DNA from: Spirogloea muscicola
Taxonomy: Eukaryota
Reading direction: 5' to 3'
Assembly: GCA_009602725.1 (NCBI GenBank)
Contig: WELB01000007.1
Coordinates: forward strand, 355,187-419,115
Length of the DNA: 63,929 bases
Of the stretch, positions 19,320 through 33,600 are shown piece by piece; the first letter of the stretch is position 1, and every line of letters starts with the position of its first letter. The translations under genes and the position numbers were made by a program. The notes under the pieces are model-generated. The model was not told where the DNA came from, made no database searches, and saw only the letters and a program-made list of their open reading frames with translations.

Positions 19320-19520
19320 GGCTACACAGAGCGCAGCCCTAAGTAAAGGGGGGCTAACGTGAAACTGCAAATGCCTGCTGAAGGGGGACAACGGTACCTA
19401 CGAGTGAGCACATGCAACTCCAGCAGACTAACTTGGGGACCTGGAGCACCGCCACGGAAGCTAGTGGCCTGGCGCTCGTGGCCTTGCTTGGAGCACGCCC
19501 AGCACGATGTATTGCTGAAG
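19320..19520 (-). mobile_element. Degenerate 3' fragment of related RLE element subfamily
   Basis: Minus strand ..RAGRA..SFRGGAPGPQVSLLELHVLTRRY matches 55658-55843 and the LTRGY terminus. A variant 3' module lies at 19716-19805. Confidence 0.65.
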
Positions 19521-20122
19521 CTCTGGAGCACTGCGAACTTAGCAAGAGCCGCATGTTGTAACATGCAACGAGTGGTTGCGCAATGCTAGTGTGCCCCAAG
19601 CCTACCCCCCGACTGTGACAACGCGCGTCAACAGCTGGGCCAGATGTTGGTGGAGGGAGGACCTTTCTTACAATGGCCGCCGTGAATGTCCTTAGCACAC
19701 GGATAGAGAAGCAAAGTGAGCTCTTGTGAAGGGGGCGAGAACTGTGATTAGCCAGCACGAAATGAATCGGCAGAAGGGTCCGAAGGGGCCGAGAAGCGCT
19801 GGAACACACACCTACGCAAGTCCCATGCAGGATAGAAGCAGTCTACGCGGTGGTCTAGGGCCTCCCTTATTGTGTCTCTTCGTTCTTGGAAGAGCCGGTT
19901 CCCTTCTCTTGTGCTCGTGAGAGATAGAAAGCGAAGTAAACGCTCGCCCAGTCACTGGTGCGAAGCATGGGCCTGTGCTCGCTGCAGACAGGTTGCCACA
20001 GCTGACACAGTTGCCACAGCAGTCCTTACACACAGTCCTCACAGCAGTAAGCACTCCCCAGGCCCACCATTCGCCTCCCGCTTGAGGACCACCACCGTGC
20101 ACCGTTCTCCGCCGCCAAGGAC

Positions 20123-22898
20123 ATGGACCGCGGCCAGCACCTCGCTCTACTCTTGCTGCTGCCTCCCCTTCTCAGCGCCCCATGGCCGGCTGCTGGTGCT
20201 GGTAGGAGCGCCATGCAAGAACTTGCTTTGAAGGACAGCTGAGAACTGCATCCATCAGCCTTTGCGGGAGATTTGCCCCATGCTCACCACAAGAGCACAC
20301 GGCTGCCCTGGCCACTCACATTTGGCCGTAAATTGTTAGCAACACTGAAAAATTAGCACTCTGCGGTGGATGTGATGCTGCGTGCAGAAAGCGGTCCGCT
20401 TGTCATCGGGCACAGGGGCAGCTGCGGGGCTCTGCCGGAGCACACACTGGCCTCTTACACAAGGGCAATCCAGGAGGGCGCCCACGCAGTGGAATGTGAC
20501 GTAGTCATGTACGCCAGCTCGTACTCCAGCTTCAGCTTCACGATTATGCCAGATTCGCATTGCTGGCTTACAAATAAATTTGCCAATGCTGGTGCAAGAG
20601 CACTCTGTGGAATTCAAGTAAGCCAACAGAAGTGGAAACCTACACAGGCTTGAAGGGGATCCTGCTGACTCTTGCTTGTGCCCGTAGTGCAGGACCAAGG
20701 ACAGCGTGCCCATCTGTCGCCATGAGCCCAACATCGTAGACACGACCAACGTGAAAGACCACCCCAAATTTGCAGACCGGCGGCGAACTTACAAGATTGA
20801 CGGCGTTGAGATGACGGGCTTCTTCTCAGTTGACTTCACTTTAGAGGAGATCAAGCAACTCCGTGGTCAGCAGACCAGCTATATTTCTCAACCGCAGCTT
20901 GCCTTGCACTGCAAGCAAGACAGTTCATGCATGACCTGTCTATGTTGCCTCAGCTGTGCAGAGACTCTCGTTTAGAGATCCGTCCTATGATAGCCTCTTT
21001 GAGGTACCGACCTTAAGAGAGTACTTGGATCTGGTGCTGAAAAACACAAGGGGTCAGCCCGTCGGCATTTATGTTGAGACTAAGGTGTGAGTTGCAGAAG
21101 CTCATGGCTGGGCCAGCACTTGTTTACGTGAGCTCAAAAATTCTTAATGACCTGCTGCTTCCTTCAAATTCATTGTGCGTCCACAAGCAGATCAGTTAAG
21201 CAGTGTTTTCTGTTCTGTTTTCTCACTAGGCAGCATCCTCAGTGGCATAGAAGCCTTGGCCTTGAGATTGAGGACAAACTTTTGGAGCTGCTGGACGAAT
21301 TGCGCGTTGAGGAGCACCGAGGCACATCTTTTCTGGAGTCCTTCGATGCGTATAGCCTTAGGCTGCTGAAGGAACGGACGAAGCTTCCGCTTGTGCAGCT
21401 TCTGGAAATTGACTGGACTGAGGTCAGTCGTGACCAAGTCCACTTCTGGTACCACAGAAGCTGGCATTGGCATGTTAATAGCACCATTATTCTCGTTGAA
21501 AGCAATGTTGACAGCAATGTAAGGAACAACGTCTACTCAATGCAGGGTTTTGAGCATCACCAGGAGCTGCATCTATGCTTCCAGTCACCCCATTGTCCTC
21601 ACGACCCAACATTTGCCACATGCCTGTACGTGTGCTTCATGCTCAGAGAGACTACAACTTCTCCGGTGCTGCACGGCCTGAAAGTCGCTCGCCAATGGAG
21701 CTATTGGACAACTTCAGCGTTTATGCTGATGCTATCGGGCCTGCCAAGGAAAGTCTGGTGGCTGTTGAGCCCAAGACTAGGAGGCTTGGCAATGCTACGG
21801 ACCTTGTACAGCAAGCTCACAAGCGTGGCCTGCTCTTGCATGCTTACACCTTCCGCAATGAGAACCAATTCTTGGCTTTCGATTACGGACAAGTAAGAAT
21901 CTCTGATACGATGCGGTAGTCAATATACCGGAACGTGCACACATTGTTGTGATACTGGCAGCAATTATGCCTGCACTTGTGAGGCAGCAGGTCAGCTTGT
22001 TTATCAACTCACGGAATAGCTCTCTGGGAGAACAATATCAGTTGTCATCTTGCTGGCGCGCTTTGATGAGAGCGAAAGGCATCAAGAGTTCAGTTGCAAC
22101 ATATTTGAGTTATGCATACTCAAATGTGTCGCAAGCTGCAAATATTGATCCTGAGCTACCAACACACACAGGATCCGCTTGAGGAGTACGCACTGTTTTT
22201 GGAGCATCTACATGTTGACGGTGTCTTCTCCGACTTTCCAGGCACTGCGACATCCTATCTAGGTGTGATATTGATTAGATTCAAAGACACACACAACAGC
22301 TCTCATGGCACGTCATGCTTGCCCCCTGGCATCGACATGATAGCAGTCAGTTTGTGCAACTAAAATGAAAGCTCAAGCACTTGTGAGCTCATTGTTATGA
22401 ACAGTGCTGCATCTCTCCTTGCAGAGCTAGTTGCCTGTCGAGTGCAAAACGTTTCACCCTCAAGTATGCCATCGTGACCTGCTATGCATGGTAGTGTGTC
22501 TGTCCTTTATATTTGTGTAGGTTTTCAATGCTGATGTCAATGATAACTCAGAAGCAAAGCCAGCATTGAGAGCTTCAGCTTGCAAGCGCGCAGCTTTGCT
22601 GCAAGGAGCGGCATAGAGCATTTTGGAGAAGCGCAGAATGGTGCTGGAAAATCAATCAACAAAAGTCACCAAATATTTGGGTGTAGTTCTCTTCAGTCTA
22701 GGTTTGACTGAATCATGCACGGGCGCAATGTTTGCAGCTCAAAGGACCTGCACTGTTTCAATGTACCTGCTAGCGGCAGCTGTGGTGTTGTGCTCTTTGC
22801 TGCTGCATCACAAGTTGCGGCTGAGGCGGATGGAGCAGAGGACAACACATGAGTCCCTCGTGGAAGACGACAGCAAGCAATATCAAGACAACCTCTGA
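20123..22898 (+). CDS. Glycerophosphodiester phosphodiesterase (GDPD), signal peptide plus probable C-terminal transmembrane segment
   Basis: MDRGQHLALLLLLPPLL signal-like start, PLVIGHRG, PEHTL, VECDV, TKD...ICRHE, YVETKHP, ESF, HAYTFRNE, DGVFSDFP. The last exons are less certain. Confidence 0.88.
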
Positions 22899-24688
22899 TG
22901 CAATTTATGACATGCCAATGCACCATCGAAGTCAATCGCACTACGCAGATGTACCCCTTTGTCCTGGTATTGTATCCTGTTTAGTTTGAGGTTTCCATAG
23001 TCTTGTGGACCACGTGAAGAGATTGCTTATATTAGAGTGTTCTGCGAGTGTTGCAGCCGAGAGTACACTCAGACTGCTCATAATCTCCATCCATTGGCGA
23101 AACCTGCCCATTGAACTTTTGTTTCTGATGTCAAGGTACTGAGTATCTGCAGATTGCCTGAGCTTACAGGAACTTCTCCTGTGAGGAAATTTCGTCGAGA
23201 GCAATTTGCAAAAGCATTACCATGGCCTGACATGGGCCCAACATCTGCTTTACCATAAGTAGCTTCAAGCTCTGCAAGCTGGACGAAGTTGATGGCATCA
23301 GTTCTGAGAGGGTCTTACACATGAGCCCAATGCCAATGAGCAGCCCTGGGTGTCCAAATCGAGGCGGCAGTAGGCTAGTGATCCCTGCTGGGAGATCGGA
23401 TGAGCATGATGAGTAGTGCCACAAGCTGCGATTGCTTTGTCAACGTCATATGCTGCTACGAAACTCAAGTGGACGTCACGTTTGAGCTTGGAGTAGACCA
23501 AGCCTCTGCGACACTCGTAGCCGTCTGGGCATCACGCCAGTCTGCCATGGCGTGCACGTCCAGTGAGATTGTCCCACAGGCAGCCTAGCTCGCAACTGAG
23601 AGAAGCGGTCTGGAAACCTTGCGCACATGGGTTCGGGTAAGGAGGGCTGTGGCGTCGAGTTGGGGGGGGTGGAGTACCCAGCGGTAGCATTCCTTCAGGC
23701 ACCAAAGTGCAGGGAGCTGCTCCTGATCGATACCAGCTGGCAGCTTCTGGCCAGGGCAGTTGTATGTATCCAAGTTAGGGGCCAGAGGAGACCCCTCCGC
23801 GGGGTCGGTGATTGCGATAGGTTGGCCAGCTTGCTGTAACAAAAGGGTTTTTGGCTAAGAAGTCAAGCGGAAAGTTTCTCAAATTGCACAGCGTCAGGAC
23901 TGCCTGCTCAACAGCAAGAGCGTGAGTAAGATCATGAAGAGATCAACGTGTTGGACCCCATCTGACCTTGATATCTGCAGATTTGAAAGCCCTTCACTAC
24001 TTCAACTTCCCTTCCGGGTGACGATCACATGGAGCCTCGAGTATCTCATGTATCCATTCCGTTGCTTCTAAGCTGGTCTTTAACAGCCACTGCCCCAACG
24101 GGCAGGAGCCCTCCTGCTTGCGACAACGTCTGTGTTCAAGCGGGCATGGGCACGCCACCTTCACACTCTAGCCCGTCCCTAACGTTGGCCCCATCTGAGC
24201 TCTTTGAGCTGGTTTCCTTTGGAGTGTTTGGGGTTCTTCGTGGCCTGCTTGCTATGTAGGCCCCATCTGATGGCCACGGTCGCAGGCGCTGGGGAGAGCT
24301 GCAGCGGACTGGGCGGCCTGCAGTCGGACGGGACGAGGACGATGGGCGCCCACGGACGACGGGCCGACGGCGAGCCGACGCGTCCTCTTCCGGTGATGCG
24401 GGCGGCCGCAGGTGCCATTCCGCGCCACGCTCCGCCGCGGCCTGCAGAGTTCAGGAAGACGCAGCTCTCCTAATGTAAGGCAAAGGCTGGTGAGAGGTCC
24501 AGCCCAACGGGATTGACGAGGTATGAAAGGACCCGCAGAGGACTGCACGGCCCGCGGCGTTGTTCAAAACCTCGACATTGCTGTCCGGCGAGCGCCAGGC
24601 CCTCGTTCCGCGCCTCGTCCTCCGCGCCGCCGCGCCCGCCGCCATTCGCGGCGGCCGCAGTGCCGCGGAGGGCGCCGCGAGCTGCGCC

Positions 24689-27600
24689 ATGGCGACCGAG
24701 GAGGAGCGCTTGCTGGCGGAGGCGAAGCGGTGGCCGTGGGAGGAGCGCTGCGGCCACCGCAACTGGAAGCTCCGCGCGGACGCATGCAGCGACATGGCCG
24801 CCGCCTGCGCCGCGGCCGCGGGGCCTCGCGACCCGCGGCTGCGGGAGCTCGGTAATGCGGGATCTCAGGCCATCCCGTCTCCACCCCCGCCCTCGCCGCC
24901 GGTCCTGCAGCTGCCGACCTCGCTGGCCAGCTATTCGGCTTGGCTGCTCCACTTCACAGAGGATGGCCGGCGAGGCTTCCGCGCCAGGATCATGCTTGCG
25001 AAGACCCGCAGCATGCAGCGCTTGCCCAAGGGATCTGCGCTCAGACCTATGGGAAGCACATATTCAGCCGAGCCGGAATAACTGACAGCACCATTTCTGC
25101 GGTCTTGCGGCGCAGCACCCCTTTTTAAGAAGCTGGTCTCGGACTCCAACGCTGCAGCGCAGGAGCGGGGTCTAGACGCGCTTATTGCTTTCTTGGAAGT
25201 AGCCGACGCAGAGTATGGCAGGTGAATGCAGGAAACTCACGCCTGCACGTCCTTCAACAAGTCAATCAGAGCAGAGGCGGCTGTAGCAGGCTCAGAATGT
25301 CATTAGTGGATAAGATAGAATCTCGTAGAGGGGCTCTGCCAGTCTGAGGAGAGAGCTATCTCTGTTCAGTCTTTTTGCAGCTTGAAGCATGCTCTAAATT
25401 CGCACCAATAACCAAAGCTGCAGAATAATCCAGAAATTGCAGTGAAGAAGACAACTTGCTCGCCACGTGGTCACTCACAATCATTTGACAACCTTCCTTG
25501 CAGGTTTGCTAAGGAGACCTGCGATGCGGTGGCTGCAAAGTGCCTCACAGGCCGCACAAAGACTGTTGAGAAAGCGCTGGCAGTATTTCTGCTCTGGGTG
25601 GAGCTTGAGGCAGCTGAACAATTCTTGGTAAAAGGTCTCCTGTTCCTACTTCATCAGAATGAAGTATCAGGCGAAGCTACTCAGACCAAAGCACACGTTA
25701 CAGTATCATGCAAGCCTTGACAGAAGAGGGAGGCTGCTTGACGTGTAGCAGCATTGATGCCTCTGACACAAAGCTGGAGTCACCTTCATGCCCTCAGGAC
25801 ACAATGGAGAAGGCTGTTGAGAACAAGGTGGCCAAAGCCGTGGTTCCTGCAGTAGATGCCCTCTTTCAAGCTGTCAAGTGAGTATCAGCCTTCACAGTGT
25901 AGCAGGCTGCAGGTGTTTACATTAGTTGTATATTCAGATAATACCCTCCTCAAGTTGCTGTTGCGATCGATCAGTGCAACCTTGTGAGGTGGGGTTACAC
26001 AAGCACCAATTGTGTACCCAACAGTCCATCTCCTTGCATCCTGCTGCAGCCAATTTGGAACTAAGGTGATACCTGCCAAACGTGTCATCAAGCTTCTTCC
26101 AAAGCTTTTCAACCATGCGGACCAGAGCGTGCGTGCTGCTGCCAAAGGTCTGACAGTGGAGCTGTGTCGGTGGAGTGGAAAGGATGCCATTAAGCGCGTC
26201 TTACTTGATGAGCTTCGCGATGCAACTGTAAGATACATCTGCTGCAAGATCTTGTTCGTGGCAGCTTACCATGCCACCTCTTATGGCAATCTGAGGCAGG
26301 CCTTCTTCTATCCAGCTGGCCCCTTTTCATGTTGATGAGCACCTAGGTTAATGACAATGTGTGACCGTGGCCGTCACTGCACCTTCAGACGTTCTCAGGA
26401 ACAACATATTGCATGGCCGCAGAAGAAGGAGCTGGAGAGCGAGATTGAGGGAGTGAGCGCTGGTGCTGTTGCAAGCCGCAGGATACGCTCTGAGCAGGAT
26501 AAGGTATTCGAAGGAGTTGTTGCAGGACTCGTAGCTTCAGCTGTGGCTGATGATGCTGCCACTGGTATGTATCTCAAGCTGAATGCTGATACCTAAGCAG
26601 CAAAAGTCATCTGCGTCTAAGAGAAGAATGGATTGTCCAGAGTGGTAAACGTGATCTGCTCTGCTCATGCAAGTACCTTCAGCACCTGCAGTCAGACAAG
26701 AACCAGTGACAACTGAGCTGACGTTTTGCAGGTCCTTGTGAAGTTGATGAATATGAGTTCGAGGACCCTGTCAATATATTAAGCCCCCTTGAGAAGACAG
26801 GCTTCTGGGATGGGCTGGTAAATTGACTTTGTTGGGCTGAGCTTCTGCAGCCAGATGTCTAACCTCCATGCTTCTTGCAGTGCAGCATCCTCTCTTCTAT
26901 TCTTTTATCTGAAATGACCAGAAGCTGGTGGGCCTGGTCGTACGTGCTTTGAGAACAGAAAGCAGCAAAGTGGATAGAGAGGAGGGACGCTGTTGCAGAG
27001 CTGACAAAGGTCTCCTCAGTGCCCAAGATAGCTGCTGGGGATTTCTTGGAGATCTACCGCAACCTTAAGAAGGTCCATAGAATTCATCCATAGAATGTAT
27101 ACCCCATCTTGCTTTATGTACGTGACAAGCTATTGTGCAGCTCAGCAACACCACTTCTGCCTTCTATGAGGCAAGCGGTGGCACGGCTCTGACATGGTCT
27201 TGTATCGCACTGCCTCACAGCTAATGACAGACGTAAACATAGCTGTGGCTACAGAAGCCATTCAAGCAGCAGGCAATCTTGCCCGAGGACTGAGGGCTAA
27301 TTTCTCGGGTGGTGCACGCATCCTCTTGCCTGTTTTATTGGTAAGCAGTAGATTTAACATCTAAGAGGCTCTTCATCTGCAGGCTGAGCGTAGCATTGAC
27401 TTCAGCTGATGTAATTTGGTGAGTGCTGCACCAGGACAAATTTAAGGAGAAGAAGCCCACAATACTGCAAGCAGTTAGAGAATCTTTACAAGCCATACAC
27501 AAAAGCGGGTGTTTACCAATGGCAGACTTCTTGGAAGGTCTGTAGCATGGGCAGCTCAATTGAGGGAGAAGAGGGAGCTTATAGAAGCACAGTAATAAGC

Positions 27601-30600
27601 TCAGGAATTGTCTTAGGAGCAGAGCAGGAGCTCTCAAATAAGTGCCATGCTTCTTCTCAGCATGCCTTTTGAGCAGCAGCAAATATAGCTGTTTGCCGGA
27701 TAGCACTGTCTCTTCCATGAGCACAGCAAGCTGCTTGCAAAGAAGTCAACTCACTGCTTTCCTGGCTCCAACACCACCTACAGATGTCAAACTTGCTGCC
27801 AAGAACAAGGTCCCTGGCGTACGGGCAGAGACTCTGGCATGGGTTACTTTCTGTGTTGAGAATAGCAAGAAAGCAGACTTGTTGAAACTCCACAAGGAAT
27901 ATGTGCCCCTGCTTTTGGAGGTACCACTACATGCAAAGCAATGCAATTGCTTGTTTGCACCACTGTTTGCGCTGTGGCAGACCTCCTGTCTCTCTATTCC
28001 TTGCAGTGCTTTTATTGACTGCTTAGTTGTGCACGGATACAGAGCCTCCAGGACAGCATACCGGAAGTCAGGGACTCCTCATTTCTTGCTCTTGCAAGCC
28101 TCGCCAAGGTGATTGCAAGGACCAGCTCTGCAGCATCTTGATTAGTGACCCGTTCTGGCAGAATCTGACATGCAACGCTGATGATTGCAGCTAAAGCTTT
28201 TTGTCTTGGGCAAAGTATTGGCTGCCTCCCATCGCTGCAATCTTGTCAAGTCTGCAGTACTTATAGAACTTTGAGTTTATAACAAGCAGGCTGACGCCTG
28301 GGAAGCGCTTGTACAGGCTGTAGGTTTGAGGCCATTAGAGAGGTCAATTGAGAAGCTAGATGATGTCCGGAGAAAGAAGTTGACGGAGTTAATTGCAGCT
28401 TCTGGATCTGACACCCTCGATCAGCCTTCTACAAACAGTAAGTCCAGTGACAAGAAGCAAAGAGTTGGAAGAATTGCATGCCAACCTCATGTGCGGCTGG
28501 GTAACATCAGATAGAGAGCATATTGTAGTCGCGCCGTTGTTGCTGAACGAGTAGACCAGTGACATGGATCTGAATCCTGGTGTAAACAACAGACTCTCGG
28601 GTCATGAATCCTGGAGATCTCTTTATTGTGTTGATTATACAGAAACCGCGCTTACATGCCAATTATTAGGCCAATCAGCCGTCTGCATATAGAATCTTTA
28701 GGTGTTGTCTGCTGAGTTACTAACAATGTTCACAGATCTCGCATTGGCAGCTTCAAATCTCAGAGGAGCAGTACAGACCAGCTTGAAGGTGATTGGCAGC
28801 TGCATCCCTACACCATGCTTCTTGGCATGTCTTTTGCTCTGCATGTATCCCACATATCATATACATAACATTCCAACTCGAAATACCTAAAATTTGTGAG
28901 GTTCATGCATGCAGGACATTCAAATAGTCAGGGGCTCGGCAGCAGCGTCCTTGATGGCAAAGCGATCCACCGGCCAAGTATGCAGAGACTATACAATTTA
29001 GGACATGGTGTGACCATCTTGCTAGATACCTGGAATGCTTGAGATCTTGAACTGACAGCCGGAGGTCAATTTCTATGTGTAGGGAAGAACTTGTTTATTT
29101 TATTATGAGGCATGCTTCTTGTTTTCTGATGATGTCACCTGTTAGATATACATCCTAGCTGGTCAATCTCACTGGAGTTCGTCGTTGGTTACTTTCGGCC
29201 ATAGGTTATACGGAAGCCAAGTACCAGCTCCGAGAAGAAGCCCCAGAAATTGACAGGAGCTGGAAAGGTGGCCAGACCAGTGGAGCCTGAGGAAGAGCTT
29301 GAGGTGCAACAACCTAGAGCTGTAGCCTCTGATGCCATTGAGCTAAAGATGTTGCAATTAACACCAGAAACGAAGTTCTTGCTTTGCCTTGTTCTTGCAT
29401 CTCCTGACGCGATCTTGCAACGAAGTGCAGGTACTTGCAATCAAATTATGTTTGCTTCAGAATCGCTGATGCTGGTATCTCTATGCACTGACACGCACTT
29501 GCAGATTGGTTCTCTAAGTGTTGAAGAAGTAGAGATGCGCTTGGCTGAAGTTGTGAAGCCAGACATTCTCCAATTTTTAAAGAGCCCCAACTGGAAAGAA
29601 CGGCTTGAAGGTGTGAGTCATTTACAAGATCTGATGCTCTATAAGTCCGGGGAGCAGCTGTCTGAAAGCTGGCAGTGCATGTCTTGATAGCATGTTGGCA
29701 TCTTCATTTGGATGTTACAATTCTGACAGGAGCTGTCTGCTTTGTAGCCATGGTGCTGCTTATTGAGACCGTGGAGGGGATGGGGTCGAGCGTTGACGTC
29801 CATGCTGAACTGCTGGTCAGATTGCTCTCTGTTTCCCCTGGGTGGGGTGACAAGAACATTCAGGTGAACACTTGATCTCCAGACGCTAGAGTGACACACA
29901 TGCAACTGTAGTTGGGAATTCCAAAGTCTTACCTCTTGCTCATTACTGCCATTTTGAACTGCAGGTCATGCAGAAGATGCTTGAATGTACTACGACCTTG
30001 GCTCATGCTACCACCAAGTTTTCAAAACGATGTGTGCTTATTTGTCTTCCTGGTACTGACAAATAAACTCCTCCTCTCCAAAGATCTTGCAAACCTTTCT
30101 CGCTGCCACGTGCTTGCCGCGCACAAGAGATATATATTGTTGGACCACCATAACTCGTTGTGCCGAACCAGTTCTGAGACTCACAATCGATCTATCATTA
30201 ACAGTGACATCTTGGCTCATAGCTTTGTGTCTGCTGAACAGGAGTTATTGAGAAGCTTGCTGATACAAAGACAAGGCTGCAGGCTGCACCATGCCTTACA
30301 GCATTTTGTGAAACAGTGGGCCCTCAGTTTGTCTTCGAGCGGGTGACCTCCTGTCGGCCCTCCAATCAGGCTATTATGTTGTGGTCTTAATGTGTCAAGT
30401 GCTCAGCTCTTAATTGTTTCTGTGCAGTTTCGCTTGAATGCTCCGCCATGCAGTTGCCGATGACACCATACATCATGTGCACTATATATTGAGCTGGTAG
30501 TAGCTCAAAGAGAGCAGCTTCTTAGAAGGCAAGCTTGTTACTGTGCAACAGCATCGTACATGGTCTGGTTCTTAGTGGCGTCTCTTCAAGTGGCAGATGT

Positions 30601-33600
30601 ACAAGATAATGAAGGAGCACAAGAATCCCAAGGTGCAGAGTGAGGGACTGTTATGGATGGTGATGACCATAGAAGAGTTCGGCATTGGTCAATTCAAATT
30701 GAAGGTGCTTCGGCAAAACCATTTCTTCCTAGACCTCTCTCTACCGAGTCTGAGTGGCTTTTGCATGAGCAGCTGCTGTTGTGAAGTAGCTGCAATGTGG
30801 CAAGAAACACCAAAGGACTCTAGAGTTGTCTGCATCGCTAGAGCAAAGTGAGTATCTGGAAAAATGCGCACTGAAAGATGTAAAACTTCTAAAACGTAGA
30901 AATATCTTTGCACAGGAACTCCTAGATTTCTGTAAAGCAGAGAAGAGCTGTCTGGACTCTAGTAATGCAGCTGTTCGCACAGCAACAATCAAAGTTCTTG
31001 GTTGTCTCCACAAGTTTGTTGGCCCAGGTTTGTGTATGCTGCTGCACTTTCACCGTCTCGCTTATCCAGTGAAGGCACAGACCTTCTCAGGCCGTCTTGA
31101 GAGCATTTTCATGTGTTGCACTTAATTCATGATTGGCTGGTCAAGCACTTGCTATATCTGTGGTGTGTGCTCGATGAGTTGCTTGTTGTACAGCCCTGTT
31201 GACCTGCTTCATCAATTTTACCTTAATGCAGAGCTTAAAGGTTTCTTGTCCGAGGTCAGACCAGCCTTGATGACACCAATAGATGTGGAGTTTGAGAAGA
31301 ATCCTTATGAGGTACATTCTGTTGGCCTTCAATATGCTCACGATCAGAGAAGTTTCGCAACATCCTACTCTGGACCCTATGAGATGCCAGGTCAATATCT
31401 ACCCTCTTGTCACTGCAGGGACCACCAAAGGCACCAAAGAGGCAGGTCAAGACTGCACCTGTGAAGAGCATGAAAGGAGACGCACTCCCTCGAGAGGACA
31501 TTGGGCAGCAACTGACTCCTGCTCTTCTCGCTGACATGAGTAGTCCAGAATGGAAGGTGATAGCTCCCCTACAATGTGCTGTGCCTTGCGGTCACCTAGC
31601 ACATTCTTAAGGTTGACATCAAGAGTATTCTTGCCCTACATATACGGAAATCTCAAACTTGTTGTGCAGATTCGACAAGAGTCCATTGAGTGTGTGAACG
31701 CGATCATTGCTGAAGCCAACGGGCGAATACAAGTGACCGGAACAGGTCAGATGATAGATACACTGCAAGCACAGTCGGTTGCTGAAGTGCCTGAGAGGTC
31801 AAGCATGTTGCAGAGGAACACTTGAAAATGTGCTGTTGTGTGATTCATGGTTTTTCGACCTTTCGTGCCTGACAATATGACGTGATCTGCAGGCGAGCTT
31901 TTCATCTCCTTGAAGACAAGATTGTCTGATTCGAACAAGAACCTGGCTATCATGGCTATGGCCACCTTAGGCCATTTAGCAGAAGCACTGGGTGCTAGTT
32001 CTGAGAGATATACTAAGGTGTGCCAGCTACAATTGCATCACAATTTGAAGCTCCGCATTTCAGACCTGGCTTGCTGTACATTGTTGACACCATGTTCTCA
32101 TCACGTTGCTCTCCTTGCTGACAGCAGCATCTTTGCTGTACGTGTTTGCAGCTCATTCTACCTGAGGCTCTGAAGTCCCTCAGTGATAATAAGAAAATGT
32201 TAAGAGACGCAGTGCTACGACTCTTAACTATCTGGTCTACTGTAATCTCATTTGATAAGATGGTGAGTCTTTCTCCTCCCTTGCAATTTGTGCCAATTCT
32301 CCCTCGCAAATTGTGCCACTGACATCCTCAAGTGCTGACTGCAAGGATGAGCCAAGCTGACATACAGCTTCTGCACATCGTGTGTGCTCCTGGTGCAGAT
32401 TGTCCATCTTGCAGCCGGACTAGCAGACCCTAAGCTCTGTGCAGATGGAAGAAAAGATCTGCTCGATTGGGTGGTACAACAGCTGCCCAAGGCATCAGAT
32501 CGGCTAGAGCTTCTGCAGTTTGTCAAACCAGCTGCTGCATGCCTGCAGGTTTCATACTGTGGTGCCTGCCGCCTTGAATTGCTGCTTCCTGGTTGCCTAC
32601 ACTAGCATAGCACTAGCAGGAGCACTAGCATAGCCTGTTAGAGCCTGGTTGTGCTACTATCAGTAGACCTGGTTCTGCTCATTTGGTGCATGTGCCATGT
32701 ACTCCCATGGTAACTAGATATTGTAGGAAGAAGCACCATTGCACGAGCTAAGTGGAGCAAGTGATTGTGATCTATCCTACAGGATAAGGCAGGAGATGTG
32801 AGGAAAGCCGCCGAGTCTACAGTCAATGAGCTAGTTATCTGCTGCACTTGTGACCTGGTAAGTTGTCCTCCATGCATCCCATATACAATGTGGTCAGCCA
32901 AAATGACATGTCTCCATCTTACCCCTTGTGTGTAGAGACATGGACTCAAACACTTCTGGCGTCTTGGCTGACGGCTTGCTCACATTGTACTGCCGTCAGG
33001 TGCTTAAGGCTGCTCGCGATGACCTTAAGCCATCAACTCTTGCTGTCCTTCTAGCCGCAGTCGAAAAGAAAGGCTGTGCACAACAGGCTGGTATGCACGT
33101 CCAGTCATGCCTTCAAGTCCTCTGCTTTCGGTTATCCCTAAGAGGTAGAGAAGTGCTTTGACAAAGCATCAATTTTATGCAATGCATCCTATGATCTTAT
33201 GAGTTCATCAGAGTCATTTCAGAAGACCAGGCATTTCCTGAACTTGCCCTTGTTCAAGACAGAGCCAACCCCAGAAAGTGGTCTTCCTATCCGGCCTAAC
33301 ATCAGCAGCAAGCCTACACCAGTTTCTGTCAAATCAAGATGCTCTACAGTATGTACTGTCACGTGCCTGCACTCTGCAAGTCTTGATGGTTCGTCACAAT
33401 TAGGTAGCTTCAGATGCTTATTAGTAGCGAGCATGCTGGTAATCGCAGTTGTGTTGCAACAGTAATAGCATCCCTACCATGATCTAAGTGACGGATGTCA
33501 TGCAGCTGTTAACATGTCACTGACCTTTCCTTGATAATTGCACATCATTTTCACCAATATCCAGAATGCATTTGAACCCTCTTGTAGCTTTTCTGTACTG

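Noticed and set aside
22950..24470. Possible gene or pseudogene between GDPD and MOR1
   Set aside because: Only short interrupted ORFs without recognisable homology are present.
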